Below, piece by piece: positions 49,758 through 60,344 of a stretch of 64,000 nt of DNA. The first letter of the stretch is position 1. Each line of letters starts with the position of its first letter. The DNA is from Porphyromonadaceae bacterium UBA7176. GTDB lineage: Bacteria > Bacteroidota > Bacteroidia > Bacteroidales > Muribaculaceae. The DNA lies in contig DKVO01000036.1 in assembly GCA_002491245.1 (NCBI GenBank), positions 40,273-104,272 of the forward strand, read 5' to 3'. Both the position numbers and the translations under genes were made by a program. Under the pieces are notes generated by a model. It had not been told where the DNA came from and did not search any database. It saw only the letters and a list, made by a program, of their open reading frames with translations.

Positions 49758-50732
49758 ATGAGACACATCACATTGACCTTGCTGCTTGCTGCCGCCCTCG
49801 CCGGACAGGCAAAAGACTACAACAACCCCGTGATCGACCGCAGCGTACCAGACCCAACAGTCCTTCGCGACACCGACGGAACATACTATCTCTACGGTAC
49901 CGAAGACATCCACAACCTACCAATCTACAAATCTACCGACCTCGTCAACTGGACATTCACCGGTACAGCATTCACCGAAGAGACTCGTCCGCAAATGGTT
50001 CCCGGTGGTGGCCTATGGGCTCCCGACATTCAGAAAATAGGCGACAAATACGTTCTCTACTACTCTAAGTCAAAATGGGGTGGTGAGTGGGAATGCGGAA
50101 TCGGTGTAGCAACTGCCGACTCTCCAACAGGTCCGTTTACCGACCAAGGCAAACTCTTCACAAGCAAGGAAATCAATGTGCAGAACAGCATCGACCCTGT
50201 CCTATTCTCCGAAAACGGCAAAAACTACCTTTTCTGGGGTAGCTTCCACGGTATTTACGGCATCGAGATGACCGACGACGGACTCGCAGTTGCCCCGGGC
50301 GCTAAACCGATACAGATTTCAGGTGACCTCACCGAAGGAACCAACATCTTCAAACGCGGCGACTACTACTACCTCATCGGATCGGCAGGCTCTTGCTGCG
50401 AAGGCGACAAATCAACATACCGCGTCGTCGTTGCCCGTTCTAAAAACCTCTTCGGTCCGTACGTCGACCGTGAAGGACGCCCTGCAATGGACAACTACCT
50501 CAGCCTCATGATGACTCGCAGCAACAAAGTTGTAGGACCCGGCCACAACGCAAACTTCGTCAAAGACGACGCCGGAAACGACTGGATGCTCTACCACGGC
50601 TTCGACGCAGCAGCGCCCGAAAAAGGCCGTAAGGTATATCTCGATCGCATCGTTTGGGACGCCGACGGTTGGCCAACAGTCGCCAAAGGCCGCCCTTCCG
50701 AAAAAGCTAAAATGCCCAAAATCAAACAGTAA
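49758..50732 (+). CDS. Glycoside hydrolase family 43, secreted
   Basis: Motifs PDP, WAPD, SIDP, TEG and GPGHN, plus a signal peptide. Confidence 0.92.
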   Translation: MRHITLTLLLAAALAGQAKDYNNPVIDRSVPDPTVLRDTDGTYYLYGTEDIHNLPIYKSTDLVNWTFTGTAFTEETRPQMVPGGGLWAPDIQKIGDKYVLYYSKSKWGGEWECGIGVATADSPTGPFTDQGKLFTSKEINVQNSIDPVLFSENGKNYLFWGSFHGIYGIEMTDDGLAVAPGAKPIQISGDLTEGTNIFKRGDYYYLIGSAGSCCEGDKSTYRVVVARSKNLFGPYVDREGRPAMDNYLSLMMTRSNKVVGPGHNANFVKDDAGNDWMLYHGFDAAAPEKGRKVYLDRIVWDADGWPTVAKGRPSEKAKMPKIKQ

Positions 50733-50808
50733 CTAAGGAAGAAAATGCTCCGCATTTTCACCCCACAGTATCAGCAGTTAGAAGCGCGACGCTCCGCGTC
50801 GTGCAAAA

Positions 50809-50838
50809 AAGCCCCTGCGTCCAGAAACGCAGGGGCTT
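50809..50838. terminator. Intrinsic terminator (U tract on the minus strand)
   Basis: aagcccctgcgt / acgcaggggctt preceded by an A tract. Confidence 0.82.
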
Positions 50839-50857
50839 ACAGCTTATAAAAAGATTA

Positions 50858-53341
50858 TTACTTCACTGCAACCTTACGCGAGCTACCGTCCGACATACGT
50901 ACGATATACACTCCGGCAGGAAGATCCTTTCCTTCTACGCGTACACCCGACAGATTGTAAACCTCAACCACCGTTGCATCACTTCCGGCCACAGCATCTT
51001 CGATACCATTCCATACAGGTACATCAGCATAGTTGTACTCATATTTAACCGTATAGTCCGGATTTACAATAGTCTTAGTCTTCAGCATACCCTTTTCATC
51101 ATACGTCCACTTACTTTGATCATACGCTACTACGCGGCGCTGGTCATCAACCACAAGAGGTTTCATTTTTCCATTATCACTGTAGTCGCATACAAAAAGT
51201 ATATTGGGAGATTGTACTATATATTCACGTCCCCAACCGTACTCAAGCGCCATTCCGCCGGCTTCTTCATTCCAGCGATAGTTCAAATGAACGCGCTGCT
51301 CTTCCTGCTCAAAATCGTCAAACGGACTTTTATAGACGAAATAATCATCGTTGATGTCGGCAGGATCAACCGGAGCAACATACTCGAAATCGGGTAACTC
51401 TACTACAAACGACCTCGAACTATTATACGGTTGCCAATCACCATTGGCTGCATTCCAAATGAAATTTTCGCTGCTTTCCTCTTTTTCGCTATTATACGAG
51501 ATATACTTCGTTTCGCCTACCCACGCCGAGGCATTCTCATCCCAAGAATACACCTCGTTGTAGTTATAGCTCGAAGTCTCGCTATACTCATCTTTGCGTA
51601 TTTCCCTGCGGTCATTGGTCACATTGCCGTTCTCATCCACGCGATAGTAGATCATCTCAGTCTTACCGTCGGCCAACAAGGTCTCGGTCGGCTCTTTCGA
51701 CCAATTCGAGAACACCCAATCGCCATCAACATAATTGAAGTTCTGTGTCAGGCCACTTGCATCTGTAATCACCTTGCTACCGCTGATGTATCCTTCGTAG
51801 TAGTCGATATACCAATACTCCTCAGAGCCGTTGGCAAGATAGTTGCGGCCCGATTCTCCTCTCTTTTCAAACTTGCCGGGTTCTGACTCTTCATAGTATT
51901 CGCGTGTGTAGCTCTTTCCGTCAGCTTTATAAGTGTAGATATAGTAGTCTTCAAGTACATCCCACTCATAGCTATCGTAGCGTGTCAGACGGCCCTCTGC
52001 ATCGAAAGTAAGCACATACTTGTCATCCGAGCCCGACCATACAGTAACAGAGCCTGTACATTTGGTCCACGATGAACCAGACTTCTTCTCCCATACATCC
52101 GGTCCATTTTCCTGCTCTACACAACGGAAAGCATCTGTCTCCTCATCCTGGGCATTATAGAACGTATAATATTCAATATCATTATCATCATCCCAAGTAT
52201 TGGTGCAATACGATCCGGTCGACTCGTTGTAGTATATTCCATCGGTTTCACTGCCATCTTCGTTGGCAAGCCTATACGATATTTCCTCGCCGTCCTCATC
52301 CGTATAAACCTCCTTGACTATACGAGGCTTCACCCAGGTATACACCGACTTTTCAGCAACATCATTCATATCCAAGACTCCATCGCCGTTCTTGTCGCTG
52401 GAGCAATAGAACTCTGTTCGCACTTCGCCTTCCTTATAAATCCAGGGATCGTCATAGTTTGTCGACCGTCCGCTGATGTATGTCGTAGTCCAACCGGTCT
52501 CTAAGTTGTAGTTTTCGCTATTGGTAATGACCATATCGCCATCCATAGTCTCCGACCGACGTTCGCCATATGCGTATGTCACACTGTTATCGCCTTCGAC
52601 ACATGCATAATCGAAATTAAGACTACCTATATTTTCTCCGGCCTTATTGTAGTAATAAGTCCGTTCGGTCTGCTTGTACCAATTGCCGTCGCCAAGTTTG
52701 CGCCATTCGGTTCGGGTGATGAAATCTTCGCCGATGAAAGCGTCCTCTTTCCCATACTCGTCAAAATGGATCTGGAACCATTCACCAGTGAAAGGATTGC
52801 GCATATTGGCATAACCATAGCCCGACGCATTGCGGTTCTCTATCATATAACCGTCCTCATCGAACATTAACACATTGCCTCTCTCGTCCACTTCCACGGA
52901 TACCATTCCGTTAGCATGGAAATTTCGGCGCGTGCTGAACATCTGGCCATCCATATTGATCTCCCTCAACGACCACACACGACCAGGCACAAGCCACTCA
53001 TAGCTGAATTCATGATGGTTGCCCTGATCTGAGGTCCTGGTCTTCACAAATCCGTATTCATCATATTCCAAGGTCCAGTTGTATTCCGACGTATAACCAC
53101 CGTCATACTCAAAAGTCTCCTTGTAGCTCGTCAACTTCGTCTGGGGCACCATGTCATCCGGATTGATTGTAATCTTCGCAGGTGCGCCTATCGTGCGCAA
53201 CGCTGGCACCTCCTTACGTGCCGGTTTCACCATCTGCGACTTCATCGTCTTCTCTTTCGGGAAACCGGGCAGCGCAACCCGGGCTTCCGACACGCCGGCC
53301 GACACCAACGCTCCAAGGGCAAGTAGTAAAATTCTATTCAT
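50858..53341 (-). CDS. Secreted acidic Tyr/Trp-rich beta-hairpin repeat protein with T9SS-type tail
   Basis: Signal peptide, repeated Y.YD..G and W..... units, and tail VYNLSG..PAGVYIV..RKVAVK. Confidence 0.75.
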   Translation of the reverse strand: MNRILLLALGALVSAGVSEARVALPGFPKEKTMKSQMVKPARKEVPALRTIGAPAKITINPDDMVPQTKLTSYKETFEYDGGYTSEYNWTLEYDEYGFVKTRTSDQGNHHEFSYEWLVPGRVWSLREINMDGQMFSTRRNFHANGMVSVEVDERGNVLMFDEDGYMIENRNASGYGYANMRNPFTGEWFQIHFDEYGKEDAFIGEDFITRTEWRKLGDGNWYKQTERTYYYNKAGENIGSLNFDYACVEGDNSVTYAYGERRSETMDGDMVITNSENYNLETGWTTTYISGRSTNYDDPWIYKEGEVRTEFYCSSDKNGDGVLDMNDVAEKSVYTWVKPRIVKEVYTDEDGEEISYRLANEDGSETDGIYYNESTGSYCTNTWDDDNDIEYYTFYNAQDEETDAFRCVEQENGPDVWEKKSGSSWTKCTGSVTVWSGSDDKYVLTFDAEGRLTRYDSYEWDVLEDYYIYTYKADGKSYTREYYEESEPGKFEKRGESGRNYLANGSEEYWYIDYYEGYISGSKVITDASGLTQNFNYVDGDWVFSNWSKEPTETLLADGKTEMIYYRVDENGNVTNDRREIRKDEYSETSSYNYNEVYSWDENASAWVGETKYISYNSEKEESSENFIWNAANGDWQPYNSSRSFVVELPDFEYVAPVDPADINDDYFVYKSPFDDFEQEEQRVHLNYRWNEEAGGMALEYGWGREYIVQSPNILFVCDYSDNGKMKPLVVDDQRRVVAYDQSKWTYDEKGMLKTKTIVNPDYTVKYEYNYADVPVWNGIEDAVAGSDATVVEVYNLSGVRVEGKDLPAGVYIVRMSDGSSRKVAVK

Positions 53342-53749
53342 AGATAATAGTTAATGATTGGTTTTATAATGGTTTGATTCTCGTCAGACCTTAAAAATAT
53401 GCTCGATGCAAAATTACAAAAATATTCATATACATCTCGGCGTATTTTCACTTTTAATGATTTTACCCTTGATTTTTAGTCCGGAAGACACACACACAAG
53501 AACCAACACTAAAACCTACCAAGGCCTCATCTTAAAAAAATTGACCTCCGCTCCGTAGCCCCCAAATTATAAAACCTCCAATGGCATAAAAAGAGTGCTG
53601 AATTTTTCTTTATGTGCCTATTAATTTGTACATTTGCGCAATAAAGCGTTTATCATGTCTCCTTATGAACAGATACAGATTCCTACGCTCATTTTTATGA
53701 CCAACCATTATAGCCAACGAGAGGATGACCGAGGCTCTATACCATCATC

Positions 53750-56581
53750 ATGCGTCGCTTTATCTTTTTTCTGCCGATTTTTATGGCCTTTACGGCAACA
53801 GCTCGCCAGATTACTCCCGACGAGGCTTTGGTTGTCGCTTCCGAATTTTTAGGTACCAATCCCGAAGCTCCGACAGAAGCGCCCCGGAAGGTCGTCGGTA
53901 CTGTAGACAGATCCATGCCTTTTTATATCTTCAACGCTTCAGACAATGCCGGGTTTGTAATCATTTCAGGAGATACTCGAGGCAAAAAAATTCTCGCATA
54001 CTCTGACACAGGCCATATCGACCCCAATAATCTGCCTCCTCAATTGGATTGGCTTCTCTCCGAATATGCACAAGAAATCAACTCTATCCAGCCGGCAGCA
54101 AAAGCCGACATCTCTTGGAGCAGTTCTTCAGCAAAGGTCGGCGAAGATATAAATCTCGAGACAGCCGCTTGGGGACAGCAGGCTCCGTATAATCTATTAT
54201 GTCCTATCACCAACGAACATAAGACTACTCTGACCGGATGCACAGCCACGGCTATGGCAATCGTCATGAAATACCATAACTTTCCGGAAAGAGGCGTCGG
54301 CACACACAAGTACCATCAGGAAAGCTTCGATCTGACATCCGACTTCAAATGTGATTTTGGAGCAACGTCCTTCCAGTGGGATTTGATGCTCGACAGCTAC
54401 ACCGACCAATCATCCGAAGATGCAAAACTTGCTGTGGCAACCCTTATGAAGAGTACATCTATCTCTATCAATTCGCATTTCGGCTGTGGAAGCACCGGAG
54501 CTCACGCTTTAGATATCGTCGGTGCGCTCCGCAATCATTTCTACTATGATTATTCCTGCCAATCCTTAGCCAGAAACACCTTTACCGATGATGAATGGAC
54601 AAGACTTATAGTTAATGAGATAAAACAAGGACGTCCGATAATTTATGAGGGACACTCTTCCGACAATATCACCGAAGGACACACCTGGGTCTTGGATGGC
54701 TACAGCGAGACAACCGGTCTATTTCACTTCAACTGGGGTTGGGACGGGAATTCGAACGGATTTTTCGCTTTGTCGGGGACCGGGGATAACGCCAATCTGT
54801 ATCCCACTGATCAGAAGATGATCATCAACATCGCCCCCTCGGCAAATAATCAAGACAACTATTCACGTTTGTATATCGAATACCCTCATCGTCTTATCAA
54901 CTACGACAGCAGCCGGAGAGGTGGCTTGACCGTTGATACCGAGAATATTGAGACCAGACGACCATTCAAAGCATCTGTCAACGACATTATCGTACCTCCT
55001 CTGACCGATGCTACAATCGGTTTGGCATTAGTGGACGAAAGAGGCAACGTGAAAGAAGTGTCGGGATCGAATGGTTTACATAACTCTTTAGACCGTTGGG
55101 AACATTTCAATGTCGTTTTCAATCGTACTTTTCATGGAGAGATAAAAGCTACCGACCGCATCCAGGTTGTAGAGTATACAGAGACCAACTCCGGAGATTA
55201 TCAAAACGTCAAGTTTCTTACCGGTACTATAAATGCTCCGTCGAGTATACCGGTGACAGGTAACAAACCAAATGTAATCGATGTCAGGATTGAATGCGAC
55301 GAAAACCTCTCCTTGTCTTTATTTGATTTTGGAACCGGTAATGAAATGCAATACCACTCAGGCGACGTCCTGAAGATAACGCCCGGAACCGAAATAAAAT
55401 ATGAGATTACCGCGAACGCCGCCAAACCGGATCACGGCATAACCTACACCGTCTATGATTGTTTCCAACGCTTCAATCAAGTGTCTATGACCGAATCAGA
55501 GGCTGATAAGGTTGTAGGTTGTTTCACGGCAAACAGTCAATCAACGACATTCACCGCCCGTTACCGTCGCCTATCGTCTGATGTATCCGTCTCGCTCGAT
55601 ACTCCGGGCAGCCTTATTGAACTGATAGACATGGAGGATGCGCAGGCAATCAGGTCAATGTCGCTGATCGGAAAGATTGACGCTTCCGACATCTGGTATA
55701 TTGGAGAAGCTTTCCAAAGCCTTGAAGAATTAGACCTTACCAATGCAGAAATTGTCGCAAGCGATAATAAAACTACTCCCGATTTCGGTGATAATATTCC
55801 TTCAGTCCAGTCTGAAAATAAATTGCCTGAATATAGCTTCTATGGAATGATGCGGCTCAAGGCTATCATGCTTCCAGAATCACTGGAGACGATAGGGACT
55901 GCCTCTTTCATGGATTGCAACCTGTCGGCCTTGCGGATACCCGGGAATGTGAATATGGTATATGCATGGATGGCAAATGGCAATAAAAAACTGGATAGAG
56001 TCTACTGCAGCGCTCAAGTTCCTCCTGTCGTTTATTCCATTCCATTATTCGTCGGCACCTCATGTTTCACAGACGGCACGCTGTATGTACCGAAAGGAAC
56101 CGTCGAGGCTTACCGTAATGCTCCTTTTGTATGGTGCGACTTCCCCAACATATTGGAAGAATGCAAAATAGCATCGATCGAACTTAAATCGGCAACACTT
56201 AACGGTACAGTCGGGGCTTCTGAGCAACTCGTTGTCACCATACTGCCAGAAAACGCTTCTTCCAAAGATTTGAAGTTCAGTAGCGACAATCCCGATATAG
56301 CTTCGGTAAATGTCGACGGTATCGTGAATTTTATCGCAAAAGGAACGGCGACAGTGACAGCTACGGCAACCGATGGCTCTGGCATTTCTGCAAGATGTGA
56401 GGTAACTGTAGAAGATAATTCCGGTCTTGAAGATACTCCGATAGATGTCGACTCAGATGTCCGGATATATTCCTCATCCGGCATACTGCTACATGAAGGT
56501 AAATATTCAGAAGCCGACTTAAGCCGAGGAATATATATCATCGAGACCAAGACCGGCCAACACAAAAAAATTATCAGATAG
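53750..56581 (+). CDS. C10 cysteine peptidase with prodomain, LRR, Ig-like (Big_2) domain and T9SS-type tail
   Basis: Motifs WGQ..PYN, TGCTATAM, GHTWVLDGY and HFNWGWDG; the catalytic dyad is intact. Confidence 0.9.
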   Translation: MRRFIFFLPIFMAFTATARQITPDEALVVASEFLGTNPEAPTEAPRKVVGTVDRSMPFYIFNASDNAGFVIISGDTRGKKILAYSDTGHIDPNNLPPQLDWLLSEYAQEINSIQPAAKADISWSSSSAKVGEDINLETAAWGQQAPYNLLCPITNEHKTTLTGCTATAMAIVMKYHNFPERGVGTHKYHQESFDLTSDFKCDFGATSFQWDLMLDSYTDQSSEDAKLAVATLMKSTSISINSHFGCGSTGAHALDIVGALRNHFYYDYSCQSLARNTFTDDEWTRLIVNEIKQGRPIIYEGHSSDNITEGHTWVLDGYSETTGLFHFNWGWDGNSNGFFALSGTGDNANLYPTDQKMIINIAPSANNQDNYSRLYIEYPHRLINYDSSRRGGLTVDTENIETRRPFKASVNDIIVPPLTDATIGLALVDERGNVKEVSGSNGLHNSLDRWEHFNVVFNRTFHGEIKATDRIQVVEYTETNSGDYQNVKFLTGTINAPSSIPVTGNKPNVIDVRIECDENLSLSLFDFGTGNEMQYHSGDVLKITPGTEIKYEITANAAKPDHGITYTVYDCFQRFNQVSMTESEADKVVGCFTANSQSTTFTARYRRLSSDVSVSLDTPGSLIELIDMEDAQAIRSMSLIGKIDASDIWYIGEAFQSLEELDLTNAEIVASDNKTTPDFGDNIPSVQSENKLPEYSFYGMMRLKAIMLPESLETIGTASFMDCNLSALRIPGNVNMVYAWMANGNKKLDRVYCSAQVPPVVYSIPLFVGTSCFTDGTLYVPKGTVEAYRNAPFVWCDFPNILEECKIASIELKSATLNGTVGASEQLVVTILPENASSKDLKFSSDNPDIASVNVDGIVNFIAKGTATVTATATDGSGISARCEVTVEDNSGLEDTPIDVDSDVRIYSSSGILLHEGKYSEADLSRGIYIIETKTGQHKKIIR

Positions 56582-56585
56582 CAAC

Positions 56586-58781
56586 TTATCGTTTATCTTG
56601 GCCGAACATCCGCCGGAGGGAGGCGAGGAATGCGGCTACGGAGCCACGGCCGGCGACTGGGATGCGTACTTCTGTGCGTCCTGTTGCCGGGTCGGTGACA
56701 ACGAATTGATTGAGCAGCGTTTCGGTGGCTTCATCCGACGACAAGGCTTTCGTCAGAGCTGCGACAAACATCGCTCCGGCTTCCATCAGCTCACTCGCGT
56801 CGGGCACTGATACTGACTGGGCTTGCCCATCGCCGAGTATCCCGGTCAGAGCCTGCGTGATAAGGGTGAGTTTGTCGTCGTCGAGGGTTATCCGGTCGTC
56901 AACGCCGTCGAACACCTCGTCGAAAACACCACATCCGCTATCATCCGCGTCATTCACTGCCTCCTCTATCGTGCCCGATGCGATAAGATGCACGCAGAGC
57001 AACGGAACGCTACGTCCGGGTGAATATATGCAAGCCATCCGGCGACCTGCCATAGCCTGCCCGAGTGGCCGGTCGAGACTTATCGCTACCGAAGCGCAGC
57101 TGAGATCCGTTCCGGCAGCGCCCGTATCGGTAGCCAACATAACATGCACTGCCGGGTCGGCAGCAAAATCCGTGGCCTTGGCAGCTCTTACCGACGGTGG
57201 AAGACCTCCGTGAAGATAAGAATAGACAACGCCTTCGCGCTCGAGTTCCTCGCCCACGATACGCGCCATACGCTCCCATCGGGTGAGTACAACGATTTTA
57301 TCGTTACCATTCTCAAGAGCATCTTTCACAAGCTGCACAGCCTCGGCCACCTTGGTATCAAAGCGCGAGCGCTGGTCGACGACATAAGTGCTGTCGCACA
57401 CCATCCGCATCTGCCCCAACGAAAGAAGTAGACGCTTACGGTCTTTCTCGGAAAGGAAACTGTAGCGACGCCACTTCTCGGCGAGCTGCACAACTGCCGT
57501 CTTATTCTCATCGTAGACTGCCTGTTGCTCTTTTGTCATCGGCACGGGCAACACACGGTTGATACAGTCGGGTAGCTGTCCGGCCACATCAGCCTTGCTA
57601 CGGCGAAGCATACGGCTCCGGATACGCTGCCTTATATCAGCAACAGAGCCATAGCCCGTGTCATCACCGGCCATCTGTTGGCGCACAAGCCCCGGCGCAT
57701 ATTGGTCGACAAAACGCAGTGCCGAATAAAGCTCTTCGGGCTTGTCTCCTATAGGCGTCCCCGACAGCACAACGGCATAATCGCTCCCCACGCGCCCTGC
57801 CGCCTGCACAATACGTGCGTTCCAGCCCTTCAGACGCTGCACCTCGTCCATTATCAGTATATCGTAGCGCAGCGGCCCAAGTGCATTTATATCGTTGGCA
57901 AGAGTATGATACGACACGATTTTATAGAATGCCGATGTCCCATATAGCGTGCGCCGCACGGTATGATGCCCTTCCACGACCGTCACATCACTACCGGTAA
58001 AACGATCTATTTCTTTCTTCCACTGATATTTGAGCGACGTAGGGCACACCACAAGAACCGAAGAAGCCATGCGCCGAGCTTTGAAAAGCTCGGCCGTGGC
58101 AAGCGCCTGAACAGTCTTGCCCAGACCCATTTCGTCGGCGATAAGGGCACGTCCGGCCCCGAAAGCAAAACGGATACCCTCCATCTGGAAAGGATACAAT
58201 CGAGTGCGAAGCACCGACCCGATTTCACTGTCGTCCAAGCTTTCAGCAAGGTTGCGGCGGCGCAAAGTGTCGCGCTCGTCAAGAATAAGGGCAAGAGCAT
58301 CGGAAGTGACATGAAAACGCGAGTCGAGCCTCTTGGCTTGCTCAATAAACGTCGGCAGCTCGCCCACCATGCCGGGCACGGCAAAGAGGTCGTCGTCGAA
58401 ATACCGCATCGCTGCCATCGCGACAGCTTCAGAATTCGTCTGGCCGATGCGCAGCCTGAGCCGTCTGCCGCCTATGTAGCAGATATCTATGGCCGAATTG
58501 CGTGGCAGTTTGGGGTCTGGCGTCCGGCCGGCAGCCGAGAGCCACCGGGCAACAGCCTCAAGGTGCTTGCACGTACCAAGACCATTTGTGCGGAAGTCGG
58601 TGCAGTCGCATGAGTTCCAGCTGCTCGCTATGCCGTGGTATACGACACGGTACGAACGCTTTGTGGCAGTGTCGGAGACAGCGAACGTGCCCGGCACATT
58701 CTTGTCGGGCACATCGTTTATGACAAAGCCGCCATTTACGGCGGCTTTGGCTCGCAGTTGTATCTGCTTTCGGGTATCCAT
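56586..58781 (-). CDS. SWIM zinc-finger SNF2-family ATPase with degenerate C-terminal helicase motifs
   Basis: CDC..CKH, ADEMGLGKT, DEVQ and LSGTP are present; motifs V and VI are eroded. Confidence 0.85.
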   Translation of the reverse strand: MDTRKQIQLRAKAAVNGGFVINDVPDKNVPGTFAVSDTATKRSYRVVYHGIASSWNSCDCTDFRTNGLGTCKHLEAVARWLSAAGRTPDPKLPRNSAIDICYIGGRRLRLRIGQTNSEAVAMAAMRYFDDDLFAVPGMVGELPTFIEQAKRLDSRFHVTSDALALILDERDTLRRRNLAESLDDSEIGSVLRTRLYPFQMEGIRFAFGAGRALIADEMGLGKTVQALATAELFKARRMASSVLVVCPTSLKYQWKKEIDRFTGSDVTVVEGHHTVRRTLYGTSAFYKIVSYHTLANDINALGPLRYDILIMDEVQRLKGWNARIVQAAGRVGSDYAVVLSGTPIGDKPEELYSALRFVDQYAPGLVRQQMAGDDTGYGSVADIRQRIRSRMLRRSKADVAGQLPDCINRVLPVPMTKEQQAVYDENKTAVVQLAEKWRRYSFLSEKDRKRLLLSLGQMRMVCDSTYVVDQRSRFDTKVAEAVQLVKDALENGNDKIVVLTRWERMARIVGEELEREGVVYSYLHGGLPPSVRAAKATDFAADPAVHVMLATDTGAAGTDLSCASVAISLDRPLGQAMAGRRMACIYSPGRSVPLLCVHLIASGTIEEAVNDADDSGCGVFDEVFDGVDDRITLDDDKLTLITQALTGILGDGQAQSVSVPDASELMEAGAMFVAALTKALSSDEATETLLNQFVVTDPATGRTEVRIPVAGRGSVAAFLASLRRMFGQDKR

Positions 58782-58798
58782 TAGACTCCGGAATGGAG

Positions 58799-59668
58799 TT
58801 ACTTGATGTCGAGAAGCTCGACGTCGAACATCAGCGTCTCATTAGGCTTGATGTTGCCGTCGGGAGTTCCGTTTGCGCCATAGGCGAGGTTAGCAGGCAT
58901 CACAAGAGTAGCTTTGCCGCCCTTGCCGAGAAGCATGAGACCTTCGCGGAAACCGGGAACCACACCCTGGAGGTTGAAAGTAGCAGGGCCGCGGCCTTCA
59001 CTGCTGTCGAACACACTTCCGTCGAGGTGTTTGCCGGTGTAGTTGACAACAACGGTTGCATCAGCGGCAGGCTTGTCGCCTTCGCCTTCAACTTCCACGA
59101 AATATGTAAGGCCCGATTCGGCAGTCTGGGCACCGGGATGGGCTGCGATGAAGTCGGCTACAAACTCTTCGTCGGCAACGGCCTGGGCTGCGGTTTCTTC
59201 TGCGTTCTCGGCAGCTTTAGCTGCCTGAGCTTCTTCTACAGCACGCTGGTAGAGGTCACGGAACTGGCCATTGACTGCGTTGAGCTTACCGAAGTCTACT
59301 GAGTCGGCAAGGAAAGCGGCCTTGAAGTTGTTGATCACAGCCACACGGTCGATATTGATACCCTGCTCCGACATCTGGTTAAGCTCATTGGCCATCTGGA
59401 GCGCCACCTGCATACCCATACGGGTGTTCTTGTCGTCCTTGGCGCCCATCACAAGCTGAAGACCACGAAGGAAAGCTTCCTTATCGGCCTTTGTGGGGCT
59501 TTGATATTGCGAGAGTTCGGAATTGAGCATCGAACCTACATAAGTACCATAGACCGTCGAAACAGAATCGACAGCTGTCTTGGCACATGAATTGTCGGCA
59601 CATTTGTCGCAGGCACTGAAAGCTGCTACCATACCGAGGGCGGCTACGCCCATCAGAATTTTTTTCAT
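58799..59668 (-). CDS. FKBP-type PPIase lipoprotein
   Basis: Lipobox FSAC; motifs YTG..DG.VFDSS and LAYG. Confidence 0.9.
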   Translation of the reverse strand: MKKILMGVAALGMVAAFSACDKCADNSCAKTAVDSVSTVYGTYVGSMLNSELSQYQSPTKADKEAFLRGLQLVMGAKDDKNTRMGMQVALQMANELNQMSEQGINIDRVAVINNFKAAFLADSVDFGKLNAVNGQFRDLYQRAVEEAQAAKAAENAEETAAQAVADEEFVADFIAAHPGAQTAESGLTYFVEVEGEGDKPAADATVVVNYTGKHLDGSVFDSSEGRGPATFNLQGVVPGFREGLMLLGKGGKATLVMPANLAYGANGTPDGNIKPNETLMFDVELLDIK

Positions 59669-59681
59669 ATCGTGTAAATTT

Positions 59682-60344
59682 TTAAATTTCAAGTGTTGTT
59701 ATCTCAAACTGGAGCGCGCAATTGGGCGGAATTATACCTTGCACGCCGTTTTTGCCGTATGCCTGGTCGGCAGGAATTGTGAGAAGATATTTACCTCCGG
59801 CCCTCATGTTCAGCAAGCCGTCGGTCATACCCGGCACAAACTGCCCCACGGGACTTTTGAGAGGCTCGTCTGTCTCCGAAATCGAATCAAAGACAGTTCC
59901 ATCGGGCAGACGTCCGATATATCGCATCGACACTATATCCGTCCGCTTGAGCATCGGGCCGGAACCGGCCTCAAGAGTCTCCACGACAGTACCCGATGGC
60001 AAAACCACTGCACCTTCGGCCTTGGCTGCGGCCTCGAGCATATCGGCGCTCTCTTCAACCACTGCGGCATTGGCGGCAGCATCGATAGTGGCGAACGCAC
60101 GGTCCTGAGCCACGGAGTCATACGGTTCTGTGATGTCCTGGGCTATGAACCTGAGCACCGCCGCAGAGTCTACCTCAAGGCCTGTGGCGCGTATATCTGC
60201 CAATCCGTTGACGAATGCCATCTTAAACTGCGAAGAGAAGAATACTGCCACAGCGCGGTTGAGCGAATCGGCGCTACCAGGCCCTGCCGCACAGGCACCC
60301 AGAGCTGAAAATGCCAGAACCGATGCTAAATACAGGCGACGCAT
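59682..60344 (-). CDS. FKBP-type PPIase
   Basis: Motifs YIGRLPDGTVFDS and AYG..G...IPPN. Confidence 0.88.
   Translation of the reverse strand: MRRLYLASVLAFSALGACAAGPGSADSLNRAVAVFFSSQFKMAFVNGLADIRATGLEVDSAAVLRFIAQDITEPYDSVAQDRAFATIDAAANAAVVEESADMLEAAAKAEGAVVLPSGTVVETLEAGSGPMLKRTDIVSMRYIGRLPDGTVFDSISETDEPLKSPVGQFVPGMTDGLLNMRAGGKYLLTIPADQAYGKNGVQGIIPPNCALQFEITTLEI

Noticed and set aside
53634-53852. Small ORF upstream of the second C10 gene as a leader peptide
   Set aside because: It overlaps the C10 start out of frame and has no compositional signal or attenuator structure.
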